The notes beneath the pieces were generated by a model. It was not told the origin of the DNA and did not search any database. It worked only from the letters and a program-made list of their open reading frames with translations. A DNA stretch of 64,000 bases from Mobula hypostoma (taxonomy: Eukaryota), in NCBI RefSeq assembly GCF_963921235.1, contig NC_086097.1, positions 98,706,001 to 98,770,000 on the forward strand, given 5' to 3'. This document shows positions 1-13,600 of the stretch, one piece after another. Position numbers and translations under genes: made by a program. How positions within the stretch are numbered: position 1 is the stretch's first letter; each line of letters opens with the position of its first letter.

Positions 1-8
1 TTCTGGCC

Positions 9-14
9 TTTATT
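9..14 (-). promoter_or_regulatory. Candidate polyadenylation signal (AATAAA on minus strand)
   Basis: tttatt at 9-14, ~230 nt downstream of the TGA (248-246) of a candidate minus-strand terminal exon. A hexamer alone is weak evidence. Confidence 0.2.
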
Positions 15-75
15 ACAGTCTGTAACCTCCCCCCCCCAACCCCACTGACACTTTCCCCCAAACTGTCTTGGTTGC

Positions 76-366
76 ATCGTCTTCCCACCTTCTTCCCCTC
101 AGGTGATCTCCTTGTACGACGGTCCCACCATTCCAGGAATCTGTCTGCTGACTTTCCCCACCCTGTCATCTCTCCATGCCTCCTTTGACCCTCCCTCCTT
201 CTCTCCTTTCCCCTCACCACCCTTCCCCCAAGCTGTTTCCTCCTCTCATCCTTTTGCCTCCTTGTATTCCCATTCCCCTCCCTCTCCTCCTCCTATTCCA
301 GCCTTCTGTCCTTCTACCTCGCTCCACTCCGGCCCACTTCCTTCTCCTCCTTCCGCTCCTTCTCCA
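76..366. other. Pyrimidine-rich low-complexity region; possible exon on either strand
   Basis: C/T-rich on +. Open + frame 103-423 (Pro/Ser-rich) and open - frame 419-246 (Gly/Glu-rich). No recognisable homology. Confidence 0.5.
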
Positions 367-624
367 GGTGGGTGGGCTGGTGTGGGGGTGAGTGCTCCCC
401 CAGGTGAGATACCTGCACTTTGAGCAGGAGAAGTGAGTGACAGGTGGTGTATTGCATTTAGGGTAGGTGAACAGGTTTGAGAATGCTGGACTAAACCAAC
501 ATCTTAAATTACTGAGAAAGCACGGAGACAGGGCCTTTGAGTCAACTAGCTATTTACAATGATTCAGTTTATTCCCCCTGCATTCCCGTCAACTTCCACC
601 CCACCCCAGACCTACCCCTCATCC

Positions 625-789
625 ACTCACGGAGGGCAATTTTCACTGGCCTATCAGCCTGCACTGGAGCACCTGGAGGAAACCCACATAGTCACAGGGC
701 AAGGGTGCAAATTCCAGACGGACAGCTCCCAAACCCGATTCTCTGATGTTATCAGGCAGAGTCTCTACTAACTATGCCTCTGCGTTACC
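625..789 (-). mobile_element. Decayed tRNA-derived V-SINE (HE1-like), internally deleted
   Basis: 665-725 (tggagcacctggaggaaacccacatagtcacagggcaagggtgcaaattccagacggacag) resembles the reverse complement of the conserved V-SINE core (ccggagcacccggaggaaacccacgcag...gggagaacgtgcaaactccacacagacag). It is flanked by gggcaattt..tggcc on the left and a tRNA-head-like aggcag..ctaactatgcc..gcg on the right. The match is from memory of the family consensus, not from a search. Confidence 0.75.
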
Positions 790-1019
790 TGTGAAAGCAG
801 AGAGCAGCCTGGCCTTCATTTGATTCTCTTCAGGGAACAGGGTCATGCACGTGGTAACCTGCAGCTTTTTATTGCCAGCACACGTCAACCAGCCCCAGGT
901 CCCAGACACCTCGTTTATACTGGGTACCCAGGGTGGCGTGCCTCTGCTGAACACCCCATGTGAGCCACTCAGATGGATGACTGGATGTCTAAGCTGGCAA
1001 CATGTGATTGGTTGTGCAG

Positions 1020-1335
1020 TTAAAGTGTCACTTTATTCAGAGAAATATCTACTAAAATAGCAGGAAAAAAATGAACCTCATGGCTGAATCTCGCAATTCC
1101 TGCTATTCCCAGCAGGGAAGTAATGGAGACAGATGAATGGCTTATTCTCAGTCACAGTGGGTTGGTTAGAAGGTTTGAATTACAGGGGAAATTAGCCGAT
1201 CAATTGTTCCCATTCCAGTTGCAAACGGAGGTCCCAGTGTGAAGCTTGAAATCGTTCGCTAGATGCCCAAGTGCTGGGGAAATCTAGCAGGGAAATGGGA
1301 GGCTGCAACAGCCTACAGGAGAAGATAGGCGACAT
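1020..1335 (+). mobile_element. Highly decayed CR1-clade LINE ORF2 (reverse transcriptase) fragment
   Basis: Colinear degraded motifs across frameshifts: KVS..YLLK (1022-1057, cf. DKVPH.RLL.K), K*WRQMNGLFS (1118-1150, cf. KQRVxINGSFS), QGKLADQLF (1183-1209, cf. PQGSVLGPQLF), FA/DAQVLG (1255-1279, cf. FADDTKLGG), GCNSLQEKIG (1301-1330, cf. xCxxLQxDID). Order and spacing fit the CR1 RT domain; identity is low. Confidence 0.5.
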
Positions 1336-4300
1336 TCCTTTAAAGACCAAAGGAACAAGGAATACGGCTCCCCACTACTTCCCCAACCCATCCGAGCCTT
1401 TCCTTGTCGTTGCCGGCCTGTGCCCAGATGCCCAGAATGCCATTCTCTCCTTCACTCCCCAGTTCTGATTGACCTTCCCCTCCCTGTCAAATCCTTGCCA
1501 GGCGTCCCCAGAGGGCAGTGGGTCAGACGACCCAACCAATAGAGCCGACACTGATGATGATGTCCGGTGCAAACTCGACCGAGGATCTTCCTGTTCGTAT
1601 TGGGATCTCCCTGTGCTGTCTGCAGCTCAGTGGACCCTTTTCGAATCCGATCCACTCCAGTTTGTCCTTCTGATTATTCGCTATGTTCTATTTCCCCCAC
1701 TGCACCCGAAGGAAACACCATGCCCTTTCCACATCCAGTCAGCTGAAATACCAGTGAATTATCATGATTGCTGACATTGATTTCAGACTATGTGTCTATT
1801 ACCTCACTCACCCATCCCTCATCCATGACCCTTCCATGACCCACACTCACCACTCCCCTATCCATGACCCTTCCGTTACGCACACTCACCCCTCTCATAT
1901 CCACGACCCTTCCGTTACCCACACTCACCCATCCCTCATCCATGACCCTTCCATTACCCACACTCACCCAACCCTCATCCATGACCCTTCCATTACCCAC
2001 ACTCACCCCTCCCCTATCCAGGACCCTTCCATTACCCACACTCACCCCTCCCCTATCCGCGACCCTTCCGTTACCCACACTCACCCCTCCACTATCCACG
2101 ACCCTTCCATTACCAACACTCCCCCCTCCCCGATCCACGACTCTTCCGTTACCCACACTCACCCCTCCCCTATCCACGACCCTTCCGTTACCCACACTCA
2201 CCCCTCCCCCATCCATGACCCTTCCGTTACCCACACTCACCCCTCCCCTATTCACGACCCTTCCGTTACCCACACTCACTCCTCCCCTATCCATGACCCT
2301 CCTGTTACCCACACTCACCCCTCCCCTATCCACGACCCTACCGTTACCCACACTCACCCCTCCCCTATCCACGACCCTTCCGTTACCCACACTCACCCCT
2401 CCCCTATCCTCGACCCTTCCGTTACCCACACTCACCCCTCCCCTAACCATGACCCTTCCGTTACCCACAGTCACCCCTCCCCTATCCACGACCCTTCCGT
2501 TACCCACAGTCACCCCTCCCCTATCCACGACCCTTCCGTTACCCACACTCACCCCTCCCCTATCCACGACCCTTCCGTTACCCACACACACACCTCCCCT
2601 ATCCACGACCCTTCCGTTACCCACAGTCACCCCTCCCCTATCCACGACCCTTCCGTTACCCACACTGACCCCTCCCCTATCCATGACCCTCCTGTTACCC
2701 ACACTCACCCCTCCCCTATCCACGACCCTTCCGTTACCCACACTCACCCCTCCCCTATCAACGACCCTTCCTTTACCCACACTTACATCTCTCCTATCCA
2801 CAACCCTCCTGATACCCACATTCACCCCTCCCCATCCACGACCCTCCTGTTACCCACACTCACCCCTCCCCTATCCACGACCCTTTTATTACCCACACAT
2901 ACCCCTCCCATATCCACGACCCTTCGATTACCCACACTCACCAGATCCCTATCCACGAAGTTTCCATTACTCACACTCACCCCTCCCCTATCCACAACCC
3001 TTCAGTTACCCACACTCACCTCTCCCCTACCCACGACCCTTCCGTTACCCACACTCACCCCTCCCCTATCCACGACCCTTCCATTACCCACACTCACCCC
3101 TCCCCTACCCACGACCCTTCCGTTACCCACACTCACACCTCCCCTATCCACGACCCTTCCGTTACCCACACTTACCCCTCCCCGACCCATGACTCTTCCA
3201 TTACCCACACTCACCCCTCCCCTATCCACGACCCTTTCGTTACCCACACTCACCTCTCCCTTATCCACGACCCTTCCGTTACCCACACTCACCCCTCCCC
3301 TACCCACGACCCTTCAGTTACCCACACTCACCCCTCCCCAATCCACGACCCTTCCATTACCCACATTCAACCTCCCTTATGCACGACCCATCCATTACCC
3401 ACACTCACCCGTCCCCTATCTACGACCCTTCCGTTACCCACACTCACCCCTCCCCTAACCTCGACCCTTCAGTTACCCACACTCACCCCTCCCCTATCCA
3501 CGACCCTTTCGTTACCCACACTCACCCCTCCCCTACCCACGACCCTTCCGTTACCCACACTCACCCCTCCCCTATCCACGACCCTTCCGTTACCCACACA
3601 CACCCCTCCCCTATCCACGACCCTTCCTTTACCCACACTCACCCCTCCCCTGTCCACGACACTTCCGTTACCCACACTCACCCCTCCCCTATCCATGACA
3701 CTTATATTACCCACAATCACCCCTCCCCTATTCACGACCCTTCCGTTACCCACATTCACACCTCCCCTATCCACGATCCGTCCGTTACCCACAATCACCC
3801 CTCACCTATCCACAATCCTTCCATTACCCACACTCACCCCTCCCCTGTCCATGACCCTTCCGTTACCCACACTCACCCCTCCCCCATCCATGACCCTTCT
3901 GTTACCCACACTCACCCCTGCCCTATCCACGACCCTTTCGTTACCCACACTCACCCCTCCCCTATCCACGACCCTTTCGTTACCCACACTCACCTCTCCC
4001 TTATCCACGACCCTTCCATTACCCACACTCACCCCTCCCCTACCCACGACCCTTCCGTTACCCACACTCACCCCTCCCCTATCCACGACCCTTCCGTTAC
4101 CCACACACACCCCTCCCCTATCCACGACCCTTTCCTTTACCCACACTCACCCCTCCCCTGTCCACGACACTTCCGTTACCCACACTCACCCCTCCCCTAT
4201 CCATGACACTTATATTACCCACAATCACCCCTCCCCTATTAACGACCCTTCCGTTACCCACATTCACACCTCCCCTATCCACGATCCGTCCGTTACCCAC

Positions 4301-7300
4301 AATCACCCCTCCCCTATTCACGACCCTTCCGTTACCCACATTCACACCTCCCCTATCCACGATCCGTCCGTTACCCACAATCACCCCTCACCTATCCACA
4401 ATCCTTCCATTACCCACACTCACCCCTCCCCTGTCCATGACCCTTCTGTTACCCACACTCACCCCTGCCCTACCCACGACCCTTCCGTTACCCACTCTCA
4501 ACCCTCCCCTACCCACGACCCTTCAGTTACCCACACTCACCCCTCCCCAATCCACGACCCTTCCATTACCCACATTCAACCTCCCTTATGCACGACCCAT
4601 CCATTACCCACACTCACCCGTCCCCTATCCACGACCCTTCCATTACCCACACTCACCCCTCCCCTATCCACGACCCTTCCGTTACCCACACTCACCCCTC
4701 CCCTATCCACGACCCTTCCATTACCCACACTCACCCCTCCCCTATCCACGACCCTTTCGTTACCCACACTCACCTCTCCCCTACCCACGACCCTTCCATT
4801 ACCCACACTCACCGCTCCCCTATCCACGACCCTTCCGTTACCCACACTCACCTCTCCCCTACCCACGACCCTTCCGTTACCCACACTCACCCCTCCCCTA
4901 TCCACGACCCTTCCGTTACCCACACACACCCCTCCCCTATCCACGACCCTTCCTTTACCCACACTCACCCCTCCCCTGTCCACGACACTTCCGTTACCCA
5001 CACTCACCCCTCCCCTATCCACGACCCTTTCGTTACCCACACTCACCTCTCCCTTATCCACGACCCTTCCGTTACCCACACTCACCCCACCCCTACCCAC
5101 GACCCTTCCGTTACCCACTCTCAACCCTCCCCTACCCACGACCCTTCCGTTACCCACAGTCACCCCTCCCCTACCCACGACCCTTCCGTTACCCACAGTC
5201 ACCCCTCCCCTATCCACGACCCGTCCGTTACCCACACTCACCCCTTCCCTATCCACGACCCTTCGATTACCCACACTCACCCCTCCCCTATCCACGACCC
5301 TTCCATGACCCACACTCACCTTTCCCCAACCCACGACCCTTCCGTTACCCACCCACACCCCTGCCCTACCCACGACCCTTTCGTTACCCACACTCACCTC
5401 TCCCTTATCCACGACCCTTCCGTTACCCACACTCACCCCACCCCTACCCACGACCCTTCCATTACCCACACTCACCCCTCCCCTATCCACGACCTTTCTG
5501 TTACCCACACTCAACCCTCCCCTATCCACGACCTTTCTGTTACCCACACTTACCCCTCCCCTATCCACGACCCTTCTATTACCCACACTCACCCCTCCCC
5601 TGTCCATGACCCTTCCGTTACCCACCCTCACCCCTCCCCCATCCACGACCCTCCCGTTACCCACACTCACCCCTCCCCTATCCACGAACCTTCCATTACC
5701 CACAGTCACCCCTCCCCTATCTACGACCTTTCTGTTACCCACACACACCCCTCCCCTATCCACGACCCTTCCATTACCCACACTCATCCCTCCCCTATCC
5801 ACGACCCGTCCGTTAACCACACTTACCCCTCCCTTATCCACGACGTTTCCGTTACCCACACACACCCCTCCCCTATCCACGACCCTCCCGTTACCCACAC
5901 TCACCCCTCCCCTATCCACCAGCCTTCCGTTACCCACACTCACCCTTCCCCTATCCAGACCCTTCCATTACCCACACTCACCCCTCCCTTATCCACGACC
6001 CTCCCGTTACCCACACTCACCCCTCCCCTATCCACGACCCGTCCGTTAACCACACTTACCCCTCCCGTAACCACGACCCTTCCGTTACCCACACTCACCC
6101 CTCCCCTATCCAGACCCTTCCATTACCCACACTCACCCCTCCCTTATCAACGACCCTTCCGTTACCCACACTCACCACTCCCCTATCCACGACACTTCCG
6201 TTACCCACACTCACACCTCCCCCATCCACGACCCTTCCGTTACCCACATTCACACCTCCCCTATCCACGATCCGTCCGTTACCCACAATCACCCCTCACC
6301 TATCCACAATCCTTCCATTACCCACACTCACCCCTCCCCTGTCCATGACCCTTCCGTTACCCACACTCACCCCTCCCCTGTCCATGACCCTTCCGTTACC
6401 CACACTCACCCCTCCCCCATCCATGACCCTTCTGTTACCCACACTCACCCCTGCCCTACCCACGACCCTTTCGTTACCCACACTCACCCCTCCCCTATCC
6501 ACGACCCTTTCGTTACCCACACTCACCTCTCCCTTATCCACGACCCTTCCGTTACCCACACTCACCCCTCCCCTACCCACGACCCTTCCGTTACCCACAG
6601 TCACCCGTCCCCTATCCACGACCCTTCCATTACCCACATTCAATCTCCCTTATGCACGACTCATCTATTACCCACACTCACCCGTCCCCTATCTACGACC
6701 CGTCCGTTACCCACACTCACCCCTTCCCTATCCACGACCCGTTCCGTTACCCACACTCACCCCTCCCCTATCCACGACCCTTCCATTACCCATACTCCCC
6801 CTCCCCATCCACGACCCATCCGTTACCCACACTCACACCTCCCCTATCCACGACCCTTCTGTTACCAAAACTCCCCCGTCCCCTATCCACGACCCTCCTG
6901 TTTCCCACATTCACCCCTCCCCTATCCACGACCCTTCCATTACACACACTCACCCCTCCCCTATCCACGACCCTTCCATTACCCACATTAACACCTCCCT
7001 TATGCACGACCCGTCCATTACCCACACACACCCGTCCCCTATCCACGACCCTTCCGTTACCCACACTCACCCCTCCCCTATCCACGACCCTTTCGTTACC
7101 CACACTCACCCCTCCGCCATCCACGACCCTTCCGTTACCCACACTCACCCCTCCCCCATCCATGACCCTTCCGTTACCCACACTCACCCCTCCCTCATCC
7201 ACGACCCTTCCGTTACCCTCACTCATCCCTCCCCAATCCACGACCCGTCCGTTAACCACACTTACCCCTCCCTTATCCACGACGTTTCCGTTACCCACAC

Positions 7301-7649
7301 ACACCCCTCCCCTATCCACGACCCTTCCGTTACCCACACTCACCCCTCCCCTATCCAGACCCTTCCATTACCCACACTCACCCCTCCCTTATCAACGACC
7401 CTTCCATTACCCACACTCACGCCTCCCCTATCCACGACCCTCCTGTTACCCACACTCACCCCTCCCCTATCCACGACCCTTCCGTTACCCACACACACCC
7501 CTCCCCTATCCACGACCCTTCCTTACCCACACTCACCCCTCCGCTATCCACGACCCTTCCATTACCCACACTCACCCCTCCCCTACCCACGACCCTTCCG
7601 TTACCCACACTCACCCCTCCCCTGTCCACGACACTTCCGTTACCCACAC

Positions 7650-10600
7650 TCACCCCTCCCCTATCCATGACACTTATATTACCCACAATCACCCCTCCCC
7701 TATTCACGACCCTTCCGTTACCCACATTCACACCTCCCCTATCCACGATCCGTCCGTTACCCACAATCACCCCTCACCTATCCACAATCCTTCCATTACC
7801 CACACTCACCCCTCCCCTGTCCATGACCCTTCCGTTACCCACACTCACCCCTCCCCTATCCATGACCCTTCCGTTACCCACACTCACCCCTCCCCCATCC
7901 ATGACCCTTCTGTTACCCACACTCACCCCTGCCCTATCCACGACCCTTTCGTTACCCACACTCACCCCTCCCCTATCCACGACCCTTTCGTTACCCACAC
8001 TCACCTCTCCCTTATCCACGACCCTTCCGTTACCCACACTCACCCACCCCTACCCACGACCCTTCCGTTACCCACTCTCAACCCTCCCCTACCCACGACC
8101 CTTCCGTTACCCACAGTCACCCGTCCCCTATCCACGACCCTTCTGTTACCCACTCTCACCCCTTCCCTACCCACGACCCTTCCATTACCCACATTCAATC
8201 TCCCTTATGCACGACTCATCTATTACCCACACTCACCCGTCCCCTATCTACGACCCGTCCGTTACCCACACTCACCCCTTCCCTATCAACGACCCGTTCG
8301 TTACCCACACTCACCCCTCCCCTATCCACGACCCTTCCATTACCCATACTCCCCCTCCCCATCCACGACCCATCCGTTACCCACACTCACACCTCCCCTA
8401 TCCACGACCCTTCCGTTACCCAAACTCCCCCGTCCCCTATCCACGACCCTCCTGTTTCCCACATTCACCCCTCCCGTATCCACGACCCTTCCATTACACA
8501 CACTCACCCTTCCCCTATCCACGACCCTTCCATTACCCACATTAACACCTCCCTTATGCACGACCCGTCCATTACCCACACACACCCGTCCCCTATCCAC
8601 GACCCTTCCGTTACCCACACTCACCCCTCCCCTATCCACGACCCTTTCGTTACCCACACTCACCCCTCCGCCATCCACGACCCTTCCGTTACCCACACTC
8701 ACCCCTCCCCCATCCATGACCCTTCCGTTACCCACACTCACCCCTCCCTTATCCACGACGTTTCCGTTACCCACACACACCCCTCCCCTATCCACGACCC
8801 TTCCGTTAACCACACTCACCCCTCCCCTATCCAGACCCTTCCATTACCCACACTCACCCCTCCCTTATCAACGACCCTTCCATTACCCACACTCACGCCT
8901 CCCCTATCCACGACCCTCCCGTTACCCACACTCACCCCTCCCCTATCCACGACCCTTCCATTACCCACAGTCACTCCTCCCCTATCTACGACCCTTCCGT
9001 TACCCACACACACCCCTCCCCTATCGACGACCATTCCTTTACCCACACTCACCCCTCCCCTGTCCACGACCCTTCCGTTACCCACACTCACCCCTACCCC
9101 ATCCACGACCCTCCCGTTACCCACACTCACCCCTCCCCTATCCACGAACCTTCCATTACCCACATTCACCCCTCCTCTATCCACGACCCTTCCGTTACCC
9201 ACACTCACACCTCCCCTATCCACGACCCTTCCGTTACCCACACTCACCCCTCCCCTATCCATGACCCTTCGATTACCCACACTCACCCCTCCCTTATCCA
9301 CGACCCTTCCATTACCCACACTCACCCCTCCCCTATCCATGACCCTTCGATTACCCACACTCACCCCTCCCCTATCCACGACCCTTACATTACCCGTACT
9401 CCCCCCTCCCCCAATCCACGACCCTTCCATTACCCACACTCACCCCTCCCCTATCCACGACCCTTCCATTACCCACAGTCACCCCTCCGCTATCCATGAC
9501 CCTTCGATTACCCACACTCACCCCTCCCCTATCCACGACCCTTCCGTTACCCACACTCACCCCTCCCCTATCCACCACCCATCCATTACCCACACTCACC
9601 CCTCCCCTATCCACGACCCTTCCATTACCCACACTCACCCCTCCCCTATCCACGACCCTTCCATTACCCACACTCACCCCTCCCCTATCCACGACCCTTC
9701 CGTTACCCACACTCACCCCTCCCCTATCCACCACCCACCCATTACCCACACTCACCCCTCCCCTATCCACGTCCCTCCCGTTACCCACTGTTAAACCTCC
9801 GCTATCCACAACCCGCCTGTTACCCACACACACCCCTCCGCTATCTACGACCCTTCCGTTACCCACACTCACCCCTCCCCTATCCACGACCCTTCCATTA
9901 CCCACACTCACACCTCCCCTATCCATGACCCTCCCGTTACCCACTGTTAAACCTCCCCTATCCACGACCCGCCTGTTACCCACTCTCACGCCTCCCCTAT
10001 CCACGACCCGCCCGTTACCCACACTCACCCCTCCCCTATCCAGGACCCTTCCGTTACCCATACTCACCCCTCCCCTATCCAGGACCCTTCCGTTACCCAT
10101 ACTCACCCTCCCCTATCCACAACCTTTACATTACCCACACTGACCCCTCCCCCATCCACGACTCTTCCATTACCTGCACTCACCCCTCCCCTATCCACGA
10201 CCCTTCGATTACCCAGACTCACTCGTCCCCTATCCACAACCCTCCCGTTACCCACACTCACCCCTCCCCTATCCACGACCCTTCCTTTACCCACACTCAC
10301 CCCTCCCCTCTCCACGACCCTTCCATGACCCACACTCACCTTTCCCCAACCCACGACCCTTCCGTTACCCACCCACACCCCTCCCCATCCATGACCCGTC
10401 CGTTACCCACACTCACCCCTCCCCATCCACGACCCTCCCGTTACCCACACTCACCCCTCCCCTATCCACGAACCTTCCATTACCCACAGTCACCCCTCCC
10501 CATCCACGACCCTTCCGTTACCCACACACACCCCTCCCCTATCCACGACCCTTCCTTTACCCACACTCATCCCTCCCCTATCCACGACCCGTCCGTTAAC

Positions 10601-13600
10601 CACACTTACCCCTCCCTTATCCACGACGTTTCCGTTACCCACACACACCCCTCCCCTATCCACGACCCTTCCGTTACACACACTCACCCCTCCCTTATCC
10701 ACAACCCTTCCGTTACCCACACTCTCCCCTCCCCATCCACAACCCTTCCATTACTCACACTCACCCCTCCCCTATCCAGACCCTTCCATTACCCACACTC
10801 ACCCCTCCCTTATCAACGACCCTTCCATTACCCAGACTCACGCCTCCCCTATCCTCGACCCTTCCGTTACCCACACTCACCCCTCCCCTATCCACGACCC
10901 TTCCGTTACCCACACTCACCCCTCCCCTATCCACGACCCTTCCATTACCCACACTCACCGCTCCCCTATCCTCGTCCCTTCCATTACCCACACTCACCCC
11001 TCCCCTATCCACGACCCTTCCATTACCCACACTCACCCCTCCCCTATGCACGAACCTTCCATTACCCACAGTCACCCCTCCCCTATCTACGACCCTCTCG
11101 TTACCCACACACACCCCTCCCGTATCCACGACCCTACCTTTACCCACACTCACCCTTCCCCTATACACGACCCTAGTATTACCCACACTCAATCCTCCCC
11201 CATCCACGACCCTTCCATTACCCACACACATCCCTCCCCTATCCACGACCATTCCATTACCCACACTTACACCTCCCCTATCCACGACACTTCCATTACC
11301 CAAACTCACCCCTCCCCTCTCCACGACCCTTCCATTCCCACACTCACCCCTTCCCTGTCCATGACCCTTCCATGACCCACACTCAACCCTCCCCAACCCA
11401 CGACCCTTGCGTTACCCGCAGTCACCCCTCTCCTATCTACGACTCTTCCGTTACCCTCACTCACCCCTCCCCTATGCACGATCTTTCCATTACCCACACT
11501 GACCCCTCCCCCATCCACGACTCTTCCGTTACCCTCACTCACCCCGCCCCTATCCACGACCCTTCCGTTACCCACACTCACCCCTTCCAGATCCACGATC
11601 CTTCCATTACCCACACTCATGCCTCCCCTATCCACGAACCTTCCGTTACCCACACTTACCCCTCCCCTATCCACGACCCTTCCGTTACCCACACTCACCC
11701 CTCCCCTATCCACGACCCTCCCGTTACCCACACTCACCCCTCCCCTATCCACGACCCTTCCATTACCCACACTCACCCCTCCCCTATCCACGACCCTTCC
11801 ATTACCCGCACTCCCCCCTCCCCTATCCACGACCCTTCCATTACCCACACTCACCCCTCCCCTATCCACGACCCTTCCGTTACCCACACTCACCCCTCCC
11901 CTATCCACGACCCTTCCATTACCCACACTCACCCCTCCCCTATCCACGACCCTTCCATTACCCACACTCACCCCTCCCCTATCCACGACCCTTTCGTTAC
12001 CCACACTCACCCCTCCCCTATCCACGACCCTTCCATTACCCACACTCACCCCTCCCCTATCCACGACCCTTCCATTACCCACATTCAACCAACCTTATGC
12101 ACGACTCATCCATTACCCACACTCACCCCTCCCCTAACCACGACCCTTTCGTTACCCACACTCACCTCTCCCTTATCCACGACCCTTCCATTACCCACAC
12201 TCACCCCTCCCCTATCCACGACCCTTCCGTTACCCACACACACCCCTCCCCTATCCACGACCTTTCCTTTACCCACACTCACCCCTCCCCTGTCCACGAC
12301 ACTTCCGTTACCCACACTCACCTCTCCCCTATCCATGACACTTATATTACCCACAATCACCCCTCCCCTATTCACGACCCTTCCGTTACCCACATTCACA
12401 CCTCCCCTATCCACGATCCGTCCGTTACCCACAATCACCCCTCCCCTATTCACGACCCTTCCGTTACCCACATTCACACCTCCCCTATCCACGATCCGTC
12501 CGTTACCCACAATCACCCCTCACCTATCCACAATCCTTCCATTACCCACACTCACCCCTCCCCTGTCCATGACCCTTCCGTTACCCACACTCACCCCTCC
12601 CCCATCCATGACCCTTCTGTTACCCACACTCACCCCTGCCCTATCCACGACCCTTTCGTTACCCACACTCACCCCTCCCCTATCCACGACCCTTTCGTTA
12701 CCCACACTCACCTCTCCCTTATCCACGACCCTTCCGTTACCCACACTCACCCACCCCTACCCACGACCCTTCCGTTACCCACTCTCAACCCTCCCCTACC
12801 CACGACCCTTCCGTTACCCACAGTCACCCGTCCCCTATCCACGACCCTTCTGTTACCCACTCTCACCCCTTCCCTACCCACGACCCTTCCATTACCCACA
12901 TTCAATCTCCCTTATGCACGACTCATCTATTACCCACACTCACCCGTCCCCTATCTACGACCCGTCCGTTACCCACACTCACCCCTTCCCTATCAACGAC
13001 CCGTTCGTTACCCACACTCACCCCTCCCCTATCCACGACCCTTCCATTACCCATACTCCCCCTCCCCATCCACGAAACATCCGTTACCCACACTCACACC
13101 TCCCCTATCCATGACCCTTCCGTTACCCAAACTCCCCCGTCCCCTATCCACGACCCTTCTGTTTCCCACATTCACCCCTCCCGTATCCACGACCCTTCCA
13201 TTACACACACTCACCCTTCCCCTATCCACGACCCTTCCATTACCCACATTAACACCTCCCTTATGCACGACCCGTCCATTACCCACACACACCCGTCCCC
13301 TATCCACGACCCTTCCGTTACCCACACTCACCCCTCCCCTATCCACGACCCTTTCGTTACCCACACTCACCCCTCCGCCATCCACGACCCTTCCGTTACC
13401 CACACTCACCCCTCCCCCATCCATGACCCTTCCGTTACCCACACTCACCCCTCCCTCATCCACGACCCTTCCGTTACCCTCACTCATCTCTCCCCAATCC
13501 ACGACCCGTCCGTTAACCACACTTACCCCTCCCTTATCCACGACGTTTCCGTTACCCACACACACCCCTCCCCTATCCACGACCCTTCCGTTACCCACAC

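Noticed and set aside
385..394. ggggtgagtg is an inverted match to part of the repeat unit
   Set aside because: It is only 10 bp, low complexity and equally explained as a splice-donor motif.
537..1468. Short 60-71 aa ORFs in the flank
   Set aside because: Lengths are compatible with chance, and several overlap the SINE/LINE relics.
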